Source: an uncultured virus (IMG/VR IMGVR_UViG_3300031134_000653) (Duplodnaviria; Heunggongvirae; Uroviricota; Caudoviricetes). Taken from it: a DNA stretch of 63,597 nt. The translations under genes were made by a program, and so were the position numbers. The notes under the pieces are model-generated. The model was not told where the DNA came from. It saw only the letters and a list, made by a program, of their open reading frames with translations, and did no database searches. Shown here one piece after another: positions 55,453 through 63,597 of the stretch (positions are counted from its first letter, which is position 1; each line of letters opens with the position of its first letter). The stretch lies in the IMG/VR virus record IMGVR_UViG_3300031134_000653; one strand, given 5' to 3'.

Positions 55453-56256
55453 TTAGTTTGTTTTCTCGGCAGGTTCTTCAGAGACATCCTTCTTTACGAA
55501 GTTCTCATTTGGACCTTTTCGTCCATCCCGCAGTAGACCATGCTCGTCATAATCTCGGTGGATGAGTTTGGCCAACTTGATGTAGGCTTTGTCGAAGCTT
55601 TTCTCGTACACATCCAGGTTGTAGTCATGGTAGAACATTGCCGACCCAGGGGAGGAAGTCCCACCAGCTTCCAGCATCACTGTTGTCTTCAGCTTGCCCT
55701 TTTTGTTGGTCTTGCTGATAACTCCCAACCAAAGTGCGTCCCAACCACCTTCGGTTGACACTGAAGGGTGTTCACCTTTGTAAGGCTTCTCCAAAGTCCA
55801 GAACATAGGGTGCAAGTTGATGTACCTGTAAACAGCTGCCAAGTCAGCAGGGTTCTTCTCGTACTTTTTGACTGCGTTCAAGAAAGCTTTGTAGCCCCAA
55901 CCAGCTGACTGCATGCTTGTCAGTTCAGAAGACAGCCCAGCAGTCATGGGAATGGAATAATCCTGGTGCGCAAGTTCGTCTGCTTCCACAGTGAAAAGAG
56001 GATGACGACCCTCTGTTTTCAGCAGTTCTAAGACTTCTTTGAGAGTTCCTTCGAACGGACGGTCAACACCTGTCAGTTCGTTGTATCGATGCACTTTGTA
56101 CATGTTCACTGCATGGAAATCTACATCACGCAGAACGAACTTGTTTTCCCCATCAGGAATCACCACTGTGTGCGGGGTCACTTTGTCGGCATTGTACAGA
56201 TCAAGAATCCACTGAGGGAGTTCTGTTTTCAACTGGTTTGTTTTTTCGGTACTCAT
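55453..56256 (-). CDS. hypothetical protein
   Basis: 267-aa ORF; HPMFW, LEAG, HDYNLDV. Confidence 0.75.
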   Translation of the reverse strand: MSTEKTNQLKTELPQWILDLYNADKVTPHTVVIPDGENKFVLRDVDFHAVNMYKVHRYNELTGVDRPFEGTLKEVLELLKTEGRHPLFTVEADELAHQDYSIPMTAGLSSELTSMQSAGWGYKAFLNAVKKYEKNPADLAAVYRYINLHPMFWTLEKPYKGEHPSVSTEGGWDALWLGVISKTNKKGKLKTTVMLEAGGTSSPGSAMFYHDYNLDVYEKSFDKAYIKLAKLIHRDYDEHGLLRDGRKGPNENFVKKDVSEEPAEKTN

Positions 56257-56417
56257 TATTATTTATGTTAACATGAAAACTTGAGTTAGTCAAATAAAGC
56301 TTCCATCTTTTTGGCAGTGTTCCATCTGAAGCCGATAACTCACAAGACATTAGCGCTCCTTGCAACACCCCCGGCAGTAGCGTGCAAACCCACGAGACTG
56401 ACTAGTAGAAGGAAACT

Positions 56418-57473
56418 ATGGAGCCGCTGTTTTATGTTGTGAAACTCTTAGCTTTAGCTTACATGGGTGGAATGCCCACACCTCCAACGACTGTACCTGC
56501 TGAAGTGCAAGTGCAGTATGTTGCAAACGCCACAGTAATCTCTGAAGACACTGTAGTGGTTGAGAAGAAGCAGGAAGAAGAGAAGAAAGAAGCAGAAGCT
56601 GCTGAACAAGTTCCTGTTGAAGAATCACCAACAGTAAAAGAGAACTTGCAGCTTCCTTTACCTTCGAAATCGTACGCTTTCACCAGCAACTACGGGTCAC
56701 GCTGCCCTCCTACTAGAGGAGCTTCCTCATTCCATCGTGGAGTTGATTTAGCTGCTCCAGATGGAACTCCTCTGTATGCTATTCAAGCTGGAACTATCAC
56801 AAAGGTTGTTGACGGAGTTAAAGGTGGGACAGGAGGAACAGTCATTCTGGCAACCACTATCAATGGTGAACGAGTGGACTTTTTCTACCACCACATGGCT
56901 AACTCTTCCCAGTATGTGAAAGTCGGAGATGTCGTCACTGCTGGACAACAGATTTCAGCAGTAGGTTCAACAGGTGTTTCTACTGGAGCTCACCTTCACC
57001 TCGAAGTATGGGAAGGTGGATATGGTTCAGGCGAATCAACCAACCCAGAACTGTACTTCAAGAAAATCCAGCTTCCTGTGATTGACAACGCCTATGCCTC
57101 AAGTGTTGTATCAGAAGAGACATCATGCCCTGCTCCTGTTAGCGCTCCTGCTCCTTTGCAGTTCCCGACAACAGTGCCACCAAAGGCAACTCCTTCTGCT
57201 CCAGCTGCAGCCCCTGCAGCCCCTGCATCCCCTGCGCCGTCAGCTGCACCTTCAAGTCCAGCACCTACGCCAAGCAAACCAGCAACACCAACTCCTGCAC
57301 CAACTCCTACTACCCCAGCACCAGCACCAGCTCCATCTCCCGCACCTACTACTCCACCGAAGCCTGTGACTCCAGTACCAACCACACCGCCGGCTCCTGT
57401 AGAACCAGTAGTTCCAGCACCAGTTCCGAGTGCTGCACCAGCCCCAGCTGCTTCAGCTGCTCCTGTTGGGTAA
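56418..57473 (+). CDS. M23 family peptidase with Pro/Ala/Thr-rich tail
   Basis: HRGVD, YHHM, VGSTGVSTGAHLHLE. Confidence 0.92.
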   Translation: MEPLFYVVKLLALAYMGGMPTPPTTVPAEVQVQYVANATVISEDTVVVEKKQEEEKKEAEAAEQVPVEESPTVKENLQLPLPSKSYAFTSNYGSRCPPTRGASSFHRGVDLAAPDGTPLYAIQAGTITKVVDGVKGGTGGTVILATTINGERVDFFYHHMANSSQYVKVGDVVTAGQQISAVGSTGVSTGAHLHLEVWEGGYGSGESTNPELYFKKIQLPVIDNAYASSVVSEETSCPAPVSAPAPLQFPTTVPPKATPSAPAAAPAAPASPAPSAAPSSPAPTPSKPATPTPAPTPTTPAPAPAPSPAPTTPPKPVTPVPTTPPAPVEPVVPAPVPSAAPAPAASAAPVG

Positions 57474-57479
57474 CTAACT

Positions 57480-57514
57480 AAGAAGGCCCGCAACCATTGG
57501 TTGCGGGCCTTCTT
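57480..57514 (+). terminator. hairpin, 17-bp arms
   Basis: AAGAAGGCCCGCAACCA-t-TGGTTGCGGGCCTTCTT. Confidence 0.85.
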
Positions 57515-57650
57515 CATACACACATAGCATCAGGATTGCCTGACACTTTCAATAATAGGTTGAAGGTTTGTGGAAGTCAAATCGAAAACTGCATTATCCA
57601 AGCAATATACAAAATAGCCAGTAAAGTAGATTATGACGAAAGGAACAACC

Positions 57651-57767
57651 ATGCGATTAGGTCGTATTTTGAGCGTGCAAAACATTGTAGATGTACCAGC
57701 TGTAGAAACATCTGATGAAACAACGGAGGAGAACAGTCTTGTTACGTCCTCTTCCAAGGGACGATGA
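57651..57767 (+). CDS. 38-aa small protein coupled to next gene
   Basis: Not in track. GAAAGGA RBS; MRLGRILSVQNIVDVPAV...; ATGA overlap with 57764. Confidence 0.6.
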   Translation: MRLGRILSVQNIVDVPAVETSDETTEENSLVTSSSKGR

Positions 57768-58366
57768 CTAACAAGAAATACATTGGAACACCTACAAACA
57801 TCACAGACTCTTTGACTCCAGTTGTAGGTTACAAAGCTGCATCCCTGCTGATGCACCTAAAGACTAAATACGCTTCAGTTCTTCCTGCTCATTTTAGTAA
57901 CCAGTCTTTTGAATTCTCAGATCGGTGCCAATGTCGTAAAGCTGCGAGGAAAAGACACGACTTTCTTGCATGCAGCTGCGGTTTCTACGCATACAAAGAC
58001 TTAGCAGATGCAAGCCATCATCGACACATCCAGCAAGGAACACTTGTTTTTGAAGTGGCTCTTTCAGGGGCTGTCGTTACAGCTGAAAACGGGTATAAAG
58101 CTGAACGCCAACGAGTAACTCGAATCTATGCAAACAACTGCAAATACTGTCCAGAAGAAGCCTACTGTTTCGCTCTGCCTGAGATAGCCAAATCTCCTTT
58201 CGAGCGTTTGACTACCGTGTGTTTCGCTCATGCGTTACACCTAGACTTATCTCAGCGGATAATGTTTGAAGAGATAGCCCAAAAAGCTTCTTACGAAGGA
58301 TACCCACCTGTTGAAATAGCTCCTAACAAAAATTCTTTGCCCTACTATCCCGAAGGTTCCTACTAA
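57764..58366 (+). CDS. Cys-rich hypothetical protein (CSCGFYA motif)
   Basis: H..CSCGFYAY...VALSG.V...GYKAERQRV. Confidence 0.75.
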   Translation: MTNKKYIGTPTNITDSLTPVVGYKAASLLMHLKTKYASVLPAHFSNQSFEFSDRCQCRKAARKRHDFLACSCGFYAYKDLADASHHRHIQQGTLVFEVALSGAVVTAENGYKAERQRVTRIYANNCKYCPEEAYCFALPEIAKSPFERLTTVCFAHALHLDLSQRIMFEEIAQKASYEGYPPVEIAPNKNSLPYYPEGSY

Positions 58367-59625
58367 TGCCCAGACATGCGAAAATGCGTCCAGTAAGCAA
58401 GAGAAGTAAAATTTTGCGTGGAGTTGGACTTGTAGCTGGTTTCGCTCTCATCCTTGGAGTCGGCGTTGGAGGCTACACTGTTTGGGACTTGAACAGAAAT
58501 TTGAAGCAAAACTCTGTTGACATTGGAACCGGTAACCCGACAGCTCAGACTAAAGCTCCTGAAGTTGAGACAACTGTTGACGAATTCGAAGGTGCTTTCA
58601 CCATGCTCCTTGTCGGTAACGACGATGGTAACGGTGAATCCAAATACGGAGTTCGAGATAAAGCTTTGAACGACGTAAACATTCTTCTGCATATCTCTGC
58701 AGATCACACCAAAGCAACAGCCATTTCAGTCCCAAGAGACACTCTGGTCGACATCCCTCAATGCACTAACGAAGAAACTGGAGCAATCACACCAGCTTCT
58801 TACGGAGTGAAAATTAACCAGTCTTTGAGTCGAGGGGGTTTGAAGTGCGTGGTTGACACTTTCCGCCAGTTGACAGGTGAAGAAATTCCTTATGCTGCGA
58901 TGATTCAATTCGAAGGCGTAATTGCTCTGTCTAACGCAGTTGGAGGTGTTCCTGTTTGCGTGTCTTCAGATATCAATGACTCACTTTCTGGACTGAACCT
59001 GACCGCTGGAGAACACACTCTGCAAGGAGACCAGGCCCTGGCGTTCCTGCGTACTCGACATGGAGTAGGTGATGGTTCTGACTTGGGGCGTATCTCGAAT
59101 CAGCAGGTGTTCCTGTCTTCCTTGATGAGAACCTTGAAGTCCTCCGACACTTTATCTAACCCTAAAAAGGTTTATGACATTGCCCAAGTGGCTGCCGAAA
59201 ATATGACTTTTTCAACAAATTTGGCATCAGTGCCGACTTTAGCGTCTTTGGCTTACACGTTGAAGGATGTTCCTTTGGGTAACATTTCATTCCTCCAATA
59301 CCCTACTTACTACACGACTGTCAGCGGTTCTGAGCAGGTTGTGACAGATGATGCGTCTGCAAGAATCATGCTGGATGCAGTCTTTTCTGACCAAAAAATT
59401 GAAATCACAGGAGGTACTGGTCCTGGACAAATCGGTTCTGTAGACCAAACCCCTGAGCCAACAGTGGCTCCTGTGAGTCCTTCCACTCCAACGTCTTCCC
59501 CGACAAGCGCAGCCGGACCTACTGGGACCCCTACTTCAGAGGAGACAGCTGTAGCTTTACCTGACTCAGTGACAGGGCAGACAGCTGAACAAAGTACTTG
59601 TTCTCGTGGGTTCGGTGACTATTAA
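58366..59625 (+). CDS. LCP (LytR-CpsA-Psr) family protein
   Basis: TM; LLVGND, SVPRDT, AVGGVPVC, ALAFLRTRHG..DGSDLGRISNQQ. Confidence 0.93.
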   Translation: MPRHAKMRPVSKRSKILRGVGLVAGFALILGVGVGGYTVWDLNRNLKQNSVDIGTGNPTAQTKAPEVETTVDEFEGAFTMLLVGNDDGNGESKYGVRDKALNDVNILLHISADHTKATAISVPRDTLVDIPQCTNEETGAITPASYGVKINQSLSRGGLKCVVDTFRQLTGEEIPYAAMIQFEGVIALSNAVGGVPVCVSSDINDSLSGLNLTAGEHTLQGDQALAFLRTRHGVGDGSDLGRISNQQVFLSSLMRTLKSSDTLSNPKKVYDIAQVAAENMTFSTNLASVPTLASLAYTLKDVPLGNISFLQYPTYYTTVSGSEQVVTDDASARIMLDAVFSDQKIEITGGTGPGQIGSVDQTPEPTVAPVSPSTPTSSPTSAAGPTGTPTSEETAVALPDSVTGQTAEQSTCSRGFGDY

Positions 59626-59628
59626 ACG

Positions 59629-59851
59629 AAGAAGACCCCTGAGCTGCTTGAGAGAGGAGAGAGAGATTAGCAGCTCAGGGGTCTTCTTTGAGGAAGGGTT
59701 ATGCCAGGAGGTGTCTCGACCGGCACATTTTCACTCGACCATTTTTAGGAGAGAGAGAAGTTAGGCTTCGTGAACCTTCCTGTCAGTAGTAAACACTATG
59801 TAATGAAAAAGCATTCCGCTTTCTAACTTCGTAATGTCTCTGTGCTGACAT
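59629..59851 (-). ncRNA. candidate sRNA with anti-SD tracts (may also encode a 22-aa leaderless peptide 59851-59783)
   Basis: Promoter TTGACT-17-TAATGT (59885-59857); ends in 20-bp hairpin 59629-59688 with CU-rich loop. Confidence 0.6.
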
Positions 59852-59913
59852 TGATAACATTACTCATTAGAGACTTAGAAGTCAAATCGTCTTTCGTTCG
59901 GGCGTGTCGGGGT

Positions 59914-60441
59914 TTACTTCAAAGTTGTTTGAGCGTAACCGCCAACAGAGTTCCCACTTAGAGCAGTCATGTACACTTCATAGTTCAGTTGGTCTGCCAT
60001 GATGGAGTATTGGACTCCTACTAATGAAGGATACCGGTTCACAATTAGGTCAGCTGGGGCTTCTTCAGGGGTAGCTTCAGGGTTTGCTTCTAACCAGCTT
60101 GTGATGTTCGCAGCTGTTGCTTCTGTATCAGCAGTAACTTCACCTTGCACTCTCATGGTGTCTTTTACCTCAGTGTATTCAGCAAACTGCTCAGGAGTGA
60201 GGTCTCTGGTTTTTGGGTCATCTTCAGGTAATGTTGCACCCTTTTCAGAGTACTGCTGCCAACGTTCAGCATCATGGGAGATGGGGTTGTATGTTGGGTA
60301 TTTTGTTTGGTCTTCTGGTGAGACCTGTTCGTTGATGACGTTTCCGTAGGATTCGGTAGGTACTGGCTCTGGAGCTTCGTTGGTGCAACCAACCAGAAGA
60401 AGCATTGGCAGTACCAGGATCGGGATAAAAATTTTCTTCAT
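59914..60441 (-). CDS. lipoprotein
   Basis: MKKIF...LLVGC lipobox; CCGATA 8 nt before ATG. Confidence 0.8.
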   Translation of the reverse strand: MKKIFIPILVLPMLLLVGCTNEAPEPVPTESYGNVINEQVSPEDQTKYPTYNPISHDAERWQQYSEKGATLPEDDPKTRDLTPEQFAEYTEVKDTMRVQGEVTADTEATAANITSWLEANPEATPEEAPADLIVNRYPSLVGVQYSIMADQLNYEVYMTALSGNSVGGYAQTTLK

Positions 60442-60518
60442 ACAACCATTATCGGGTTTTAGGCCGATGATGCTAGAACAACTGATAAACTGTAAGTGTT
60501 GTCTATTTAGGAGAAAAT

Positions 60519-60788
60519 ATGTTCGCATTCCTTATTGTACTTTTTGCTGTCATCGGCGGTGGGGTGGGTTTCCTGCTTTCCCGTGTCGATAACACAGCTT
60601 CCTCAGCTTTGAGATGGAAAACCATTGGTCTGGGTGTACTTGGAGGAGCTCTTGTTGGTGCAGGTATCTGGCTGTCCTTCTGGCTTCTTGCCGCTGCAGT
60701 TAGACTGATTTTCTGGGTGATTCTCCTGGTTATTGCAGCTGCTGTGATTTACTTCGTGTACCGTTCGTTGAAGCGTAGATACGCATGA
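60519..60788 (+). CDS. membrane protein
   Basis: 3 TM; AGGAG RBS. Confidence 0.75.
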   Translation: MFAFLIVLFAVIGGGVGFLLSRVDNTASSALRWKTIGLGVLGGALVGAGIWLSFWLLAAAVRLIFWVILLVIAAAVIYFVYRSLKRRYA

Positions 60789-61033
60789 GTTCAGTTCGAA
60801 AAGAACTACTAAGAGGAGGGTTCGTGCTTGCAGTAATTGCTGCAGCAGGAGCCCTCCTCTTCAGCTGGAAAACATTTGCCATGCCAAGTCTGTCTGCAGC
60901 GTTTCTTATTGATGGTAATGCGGAGACGCAAATCCAGAATCTGCTGCTCATTATGGGCATCATGCTGATTGTACTTGTCGGCTTAGTCGTATGGACCACA
61001 ATTTTGACAGTGAGAGTATTTCACAAGTCTTAA
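60785..61033 (+). CDS. membrane protein
   Basis: 2 TM; ATGA overlap. Confidence 0.7.
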   Translation: MSSVRKELLRGGFVLAVIAAAGALLFSWKTFAMPSLSAAFLIDGNAETQIQNLLLIMGIMLIVLVGLVVWTTILTVRVFHKS

Positions 61034-61037
61034 ACAT

Positions 61038-61080
61038 GAAGAAGGCATACCATGAGCAAGTAAACTGGTATGCCTTCTTC
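61038..61080. terminator. hairpin, 15-bp arms
   Basis: GAAGAAGGCATACCA-13-TGGTATGCCTTCTTC. Confidence 0.8.
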
Positions 61081-61176
61081 GTGTTCTTTAGAGTTAACCA
61101 ACCAAGGAAAGGTTCTAATACCCTTTTCGGTAGAAAATAGCTTTTCTGTACAAAAAACGCACTTTATTTCTGTGAA

Positions 61177-61575
61177 TCACCTGAATCGTTCGATTTGTGT
61201 ACTTCTACCTAAATCACGAACCTGTACAGTGAAATCTTCTGAAATCGCAGGCAGGTTGGACACCTTCCATACTGTAGGTCCTCCATAATCGGCTGTACAC
61301 ATCCCTGAATACTGCTTCAGATGAACTTCCGCCCCTGTCTCATTCAAAGAAATACGTTCGACTTCTGGCGGGCAGGAAGATGACCCATACAGGTAAAGCT
61401 TGATGGTTGTGTCATCGACTTGGACCCAGCCTGGAGTTAGCTCTGGAATGTTCTCTTCAGGTGTGTTCTGAACTTTTTCGAAGTCAGTGTCTGATCCAGC
61501 AGAACATCCTGCTAAAAGCATGGTCAACCCACTGACTGTCAAAACTGTCCCGGCTACTATTTTAGAGCGTTTCAT
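61177..61575 (-). CDS. lipoprotein (actinobacterial GSSSCP type)
   Basis: LLAGC lipobox; YGSSSCPP...CTADY. Confidence 0.8.
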   Translation of the reverse strand: MKRSKIVAGTVLTVSGLTMLLAGCSAGSDTDFEKVQNTPEENIPELTPGWVQVDDTTIKLYLYGSSSCPPEVERISLNETGAEVHLKQYSGMCTADYGGPTVWKVSNLPAISEDFTVQVRDLGRSTQIERFR

Positions 61576-61927
61576 CAGACAGCACTTCGTAGTTGTACGA
61601 AACTTCATCCTGGTCGCTGTAAGTGTCACTGATGTAGGAATCTATGTCCTCGTAGTAGAGCCATTCTTCATCGTTAGGTGAGATGAGAATGAAACTTACG
61701 CTTTCATCCCCGGCTCCAGCTGTGATTTCTAAGACTTTATGTTCGCCTTCTTCATAGCCGGCAGAGTCACCATAGAAGTCTTCGTCATCATCATCTGGTC
61801 GGGTGACTTCGAAGATAAAGACAGCTTCGATGATTTGGGTTATCTCTGAGTTGGCTACGGACGCAGGCATGTCAGGGTCTGGAATGAAAGCAGTCTCTTC
61901 TTCCAGATATTCTAAAACAGTTGTCAT
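61562..61927 (-). CDS. highly acidic hypothetical protein
   Basis: GAAGGGA RBS; D/E-rich. Confidence 0.7.
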   Translation of the reverse strand: MTTVLEYLEEETAFIPDPDMPASVANSEITQIIEAVFIFEVTRPDDDDEDFYGDSAGYEEGEHKVLEITAGAGDESVSFILISPNDEEWLYYEDIDSYISDTYSDQDEVSYNYEVLSDETL

Positions 61928-62189
61928 GATGTTCCCTTCGTCTTTTGCACAGTGTGGTCTTATTTATTCGCAACCCTAAGAAAAATAGTTAGCTTTCCCC
62001 TTGAAGTATGTTTTCTCTTGTGTCCCGTTATCAGTACAAAAGCTGAGTTTTGGGTGTGAATTCCAGAAAATCCCACGTTTGAAGGATAAAAGCAAGCCAT
62101 AACACTGATTCTTCTCAAAATCTGTTAAAGTTGGTCTTGTGCAACTCGCAAAGGGGAAGATGAACACTTTCTCAGGAAGGTCCGATTCT

Positions 62190-62906
62190 ATGTCTTTGAA
62201 AGCCCCTCATTTCGTAATACTCGCCGCTGGTATAGGCTCCCGTTTAGGTCGAAGCCATCCAAAATGTCTTACCCTACTCAAAACAGGTGAGACGATTCTG
62301 CAAAGGCAACTTCGCCTCATCCACCAAGTAAATCCAGCATCAGTAACGATTGTGGTTGGTTTCGAAAGTGATACCATCAGAACTGTTGCAACAGCTTTAC
62401 ACCCTGAAACTCGTTTTGTGGAAAACCTGCAGTACAGATCAACTAACACTTCAAAAAGCTTACTGAAAGCACTCGAAGCGACAAACAAGCATCAAGATAC
62501 CCTTTGGTTGAATGGGGATGTCGTATTCTCAGAGACTCTCCTGCCTCAGTTGTTAAAGAGTTTGCATTCATCAACAGTGGGCGTAACAAACCATCAAGTT
62601 GGGGAAGAAGAAATCAAGTACACTCTTGACGAAGAAGGCTGCATTATCCAGCTTTCTAAAACAGTTCCGCTGGAAGAAGCGGAAGGTGAGGGAGTCGGAG
62701 TTAACTTTGTGCAAGCTGCAGACAGCCAAAGGTTCATTGCAGCTCTGAAAGCTGTTCAGGATGAGGACTATTTTGAGAAAGCTATGGAAATCACCGCATT
62801 GACAAAGCAAATCAGCTGGGTTCCGTACAACTTGTCAGATGAGTCGCTAACAGCCATTGAAGTTGACTTTGAAGCTGACTTACAAGAAGCAAACGAATCT
62901 CTTTAA
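62190..62906 (+). CDS. NTP transferase (phosphocholine cytidylyltransferase LicC-like family)
   Basis: ILAAGIGSRLG...PKCL, TNTSKSL, LNGDV, EVDFEADL. Confidence 0.88.
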   Translation: MSLKAPHFVILAAGIGSRLGRSHPKCLTLLKTGETILQRQLRLIHQVNPASVTIVVGFESDTIRTVATALHPETRFVENLQYRSTNTSKSLLKALEATNKHQDTLWLNGDVVFSETLLPQLLKSLHSSTVGVTNHQVGEEEIKYTLDEEGCIIQLSKTVPLEEAEGEGVGVNFVQAADSQRFIAALKAVQDEDYFEKAMEITALTKQISWVPYNLSDESLTAIEVDFEADLQEANESL

Positions 62907-63087
62907 CCCAAAAGAGGGCTGGAAGTTTTCTCTTCCAGCCCTCCCTTTTTGGAAAAGGAAATGCAACAGCATCTAATGATTAGGATGCGTACTGTTATAC
63001 TATCAATTGATTTTCGAAGATTCGATTTTCAGCGATTTTACACCATCAACTGATAAGGTAATTACCACCTGTTGAAGAAAGAAAAGT

Positions 63088-63597
63088 ATGTCAAAAGTTG
63101 TCGAAGTAGAAGCACCGAATCTGCATCCAGATATTGCAGTGCCTCGTTTCCCTGCGACAAGGCTGACTGACGATCATTATGCCAGCCTCCGAAGAGTATC
63201 GAAGCTTCCCTTGGTTTCTTTCATTCTCACCATTGCCGCGTTTGTCGTAGGTCTAATCAACGCTGATTGGATTCCAGTTCTGAATCTTCTTGCTTTGGCT
63301 TTCGCGGCACTAACAGTGTTGTCTACGGTAGTACTGCTGCTGTTTGTTGTCCAAGCAAGAAAAAAGCAGCAAGCAGCTTTGCAGTCAGCTATTCAGGTGC
63401 TACTGCCTTTGGTTCGTAAAAAATACGACTTGGATGTCAATGCTGACTTGCTGGAGTCTTTGATGTCAGGGGCTAATCTTCCACTGTTTATGCAAGGTGA
63501 GATTACTCGTGTTGGGCTACGGAACCTTCGCAAACAAGCAATTTTAGTTGTCTTTGAAACTGTGGAAGAATCTGAAGACAGTATCACAGCTGAATAA
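63088..63597 (+). CDS. membrane protein
   Basis: 2 TM. Confidence 0.7.
   Translation: MSKVVEVEAPNLHPDIAVPRFPATRLTDDHYASLRRVSKLPLVSFILTIAAFVVGLINADWIPVLNLLALAFAALTVLSTVVLLLFVVQARKKQQAALQSAIQVLLPLVRKKYDLDVNADLLESLMSGANLPLFMQGEITRVGLRNLRKQAILVVFETVEESEDSITAE

Noticed and set aside
56331..56338. Exact sigma-28 -10 GCCGATAA as a FliA/WhiG promoter
   Set aside because: No TAAA -35 at the proper spacing here or at the other CCGATA sites I checked; treated as part of the element-specific class.
57128..57470. Repetitive CCAGCA/CCTGCA sequence
   Set aside because: Low-complexity Pro/Ala linker of the M23 protein.
1..63597. tRNA, rRNA, CRISPR arrays, transposases, integrases, virion structural genes
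   Set aside because: None recognised; phage vs plasmid identity cannot be settled from this window.

Overview
63.6 kb of densely packed, short, mixed-strand genes, mostly hypothetical. GC is moderate (roughly mid-40s % by eye) with strong gene-to-gene variation in codon usage. Actinobacterial-type proteins (LCP, Pro-tailed M23 peptidase, GSSSCPP lipoprotein, DUF6891, YezG-like immunity, RxRMxxTGESY protein) and many leaderless sigma-A promoters point to a very large extrachromosomal element (jumbo phage or megaplasmid) of an actinobacterial host. This is inference: no capsid, terminase, replicase, tRNA, rRNA or CRISPR is visible. Recognisable genes: adk, tdk, Thg1-like, RNase H, pol-beta nucleotidyltransferase, R2K ATP-grasp, PcfJ-like, two zinc-ribbon nucleases, NERD, HAD, a VIP2-type ADP-ribosyltransferase plus three cryptic ART-like proteins, DUF3307, DUF4238, two pilin-like proteins with swapped C-termini, SAM methyltransferase, AIM24, M23, LCP, NTP transferase. 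Best novel candidates: (1) two tandem paralogues each behind a 10-codon leader peptide and a conserved switchable attenuator (44378-44471, 45264-45360); (2) a promoter-to-terminator sRNA with three anti-Shine-Dalgarno tracts (59629-59885); (3) a loop-less S10/NusE homologue; (4) an Sm/Hfq-like protein; (5) an element-specific CCGATA promoter class; (6) modular Cys/His N-terminal tags on ART-like effectors; (7) a pseudoknot-like 5' leader (32607-32758); (8) a family of long perfect palindromes. All family assignments are by motif recognition only; no searches were run.
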